A stretch of DNA of 52,841 nt from Gammaproteobacteria bacterium (lineage in GTDB: Bacteria > Pseudomonadota > Gammaproteobacteria > Enterobacterales > Kangiellaceae), in NCBI GenBank assembly GCA_029880585.1, contig JAOUOC010000001.1, forward strand, positions 1-52,841, written 5' to 3'. Under the pieces are notes generated by a model that saw only the letters and a program-made list of their open reading frames with translations, searched no databases and was not told the origin of the DNA. Within the stretch, counting starts at the first letter, position 1. Each line of letters opens with the position of its first letter. This document shows, one piece after another, positions 52,057-52,841 of the stretch. Position numbers and translations under genes: made by a program.

Positions 52057-52841
52057 TCATTCTATAAATTTTTCGATAACTTGTCGATATTGAGGGAGCA
52101 AAACCTCTGTAGAATAGACAGTTAAATCTGGAATAAGTCTTTTGCTTGATTCAGGATTTTTGATCAACTCAGTCAACTTTGATGATAATAATGCAGCCTC
52201 TGAACCCCTGTCATTACTGAGCTGGTACATATTTTCCCTATTAAGATATTCAGGATACGCCACCCGATCAGGAGCAACAGGAATACACCCAGCACAAATT
52301 GCTTCTTGTAAGCTTAACCCCTGAAAATCATGCAGTGCAGTAGATATTACCACATCGCTTTCAAATAATATTCGATAATAATCTTCTCTTGATTGAAAAC
52401 CCCAATGTAAAATTTCATTTTTAAACGTTTTTTCAGCCTTTTCAAAACAGTCAGGGACTTGCCTGAAAGATTGCCCCAAAACACTTAATTTAAACTCAAC
52501 TCCCTGACTTTTTAAATTTTCAAGCGCATCAAATAGTACATCAGGTTGCTTGTCATATTCCCAGCGATGATTCCATACTATTTTCACTGGCTCACTGGTA
52601 AAGCGTTTCTTTGAAGCAGAAAAATCAATCATATTATCTTGTAATTTTGACTGATTACACTCAATTGGTACTGGCAACACAGCACTCTTATCAAATATAT
52701 TAGAAACCAGTGCTTCAGGAAATTTATCCGGTAATTTTTTAAATAGCTGTTTCATACCCTGAATAAATGTCTGCTTGTTGTAATTGGAATTGAAGAAAAC
52801 CTGATCAGCACAAAGCGCCGAATAAATGCTGGTCAACTGCG
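52057..52841 (-). CDS. GT-B glycosyltransferase, GTDC1/DUF3524-like (5' end beyond the window)
   Basis: SIYSALCADQVFFNS.YN, IVWNHRWEYDKQP, STALHDFQGL, PDRVAYPE; frame open to the window edge. Confidence 0.78.
   Translation of the reverse strand, partial: QLTSIYSALCADQVFFNSNYNKQTFIQGMKQLFKKLPDKFPEALVSNIFDKSAVLPVPIECNQSKLQDNMIDFSASKKRFTSEPVKIVWNHRWEYDKQPDVLFDALENLKSQGVEFKLSVLGQSFRQVPDCFEKAEKTFKNEILHWGFQSREDYYRILFESDVVISTALHDFQGLSLQEAICAGCIPVAPDRVAYPEYLNRENMYQLSNDRGSEAALLSSKLTELIKNPESSKRLIPDLTVYSTEVLLPQYRQVIEKFIE

Overview
This is a core-genome segment of an AT-rich gammaproteobacterium; protein style suggests a marine Kangiella/Aliikangiella-like lineage (inference only). Most genes lie on the minus strand. 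In transcription order (right to left) the minus strand carries: a truncated GTDC1/DUF3524-like glycosyltransferase; a zinc-ribbon protein; lepA-lepB-DUF4845-rnc-era-recO-pdxJ-acpS; mreC-mreD-rng-yhdP-tldD-yjgA-pmbA; rpsB-tsf-pyrH-frr-uppS-cdsA-dxr-rseP-bamA-skp-lpxD-fabZ-lpxA-lpxB-rnhB-dnaE; a stand-alone mreB; and tRNA-Pro/Arg/His/Leu-tig-clpP-clpX-lon. Four plus-strand genes sit at block junctions: folD, a GNAT, a GAF-GGDEF-EAL protein and a Cys-rich TonB-dependent receptor. I see no mobile element, CRISPR array, prophage, intein or defence island, and no clear-cut novel multi-gene system. The most unusual points are: mreB lies about 34 kb from mreCD; mreC appears to start at a non-canonical AUU codon; ribosomal protein S2 and trigger factor both carry histone-H1-like (A/S)KKAT tails; tldD-yjgA-pmbA form a co-oriented, coupled unit; and a bacterial homologue of the tRNA-queuosine mannosyltransferase sits near lepA. 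Gene calls come from recognising motifs and synteny by eye; no database search was run.
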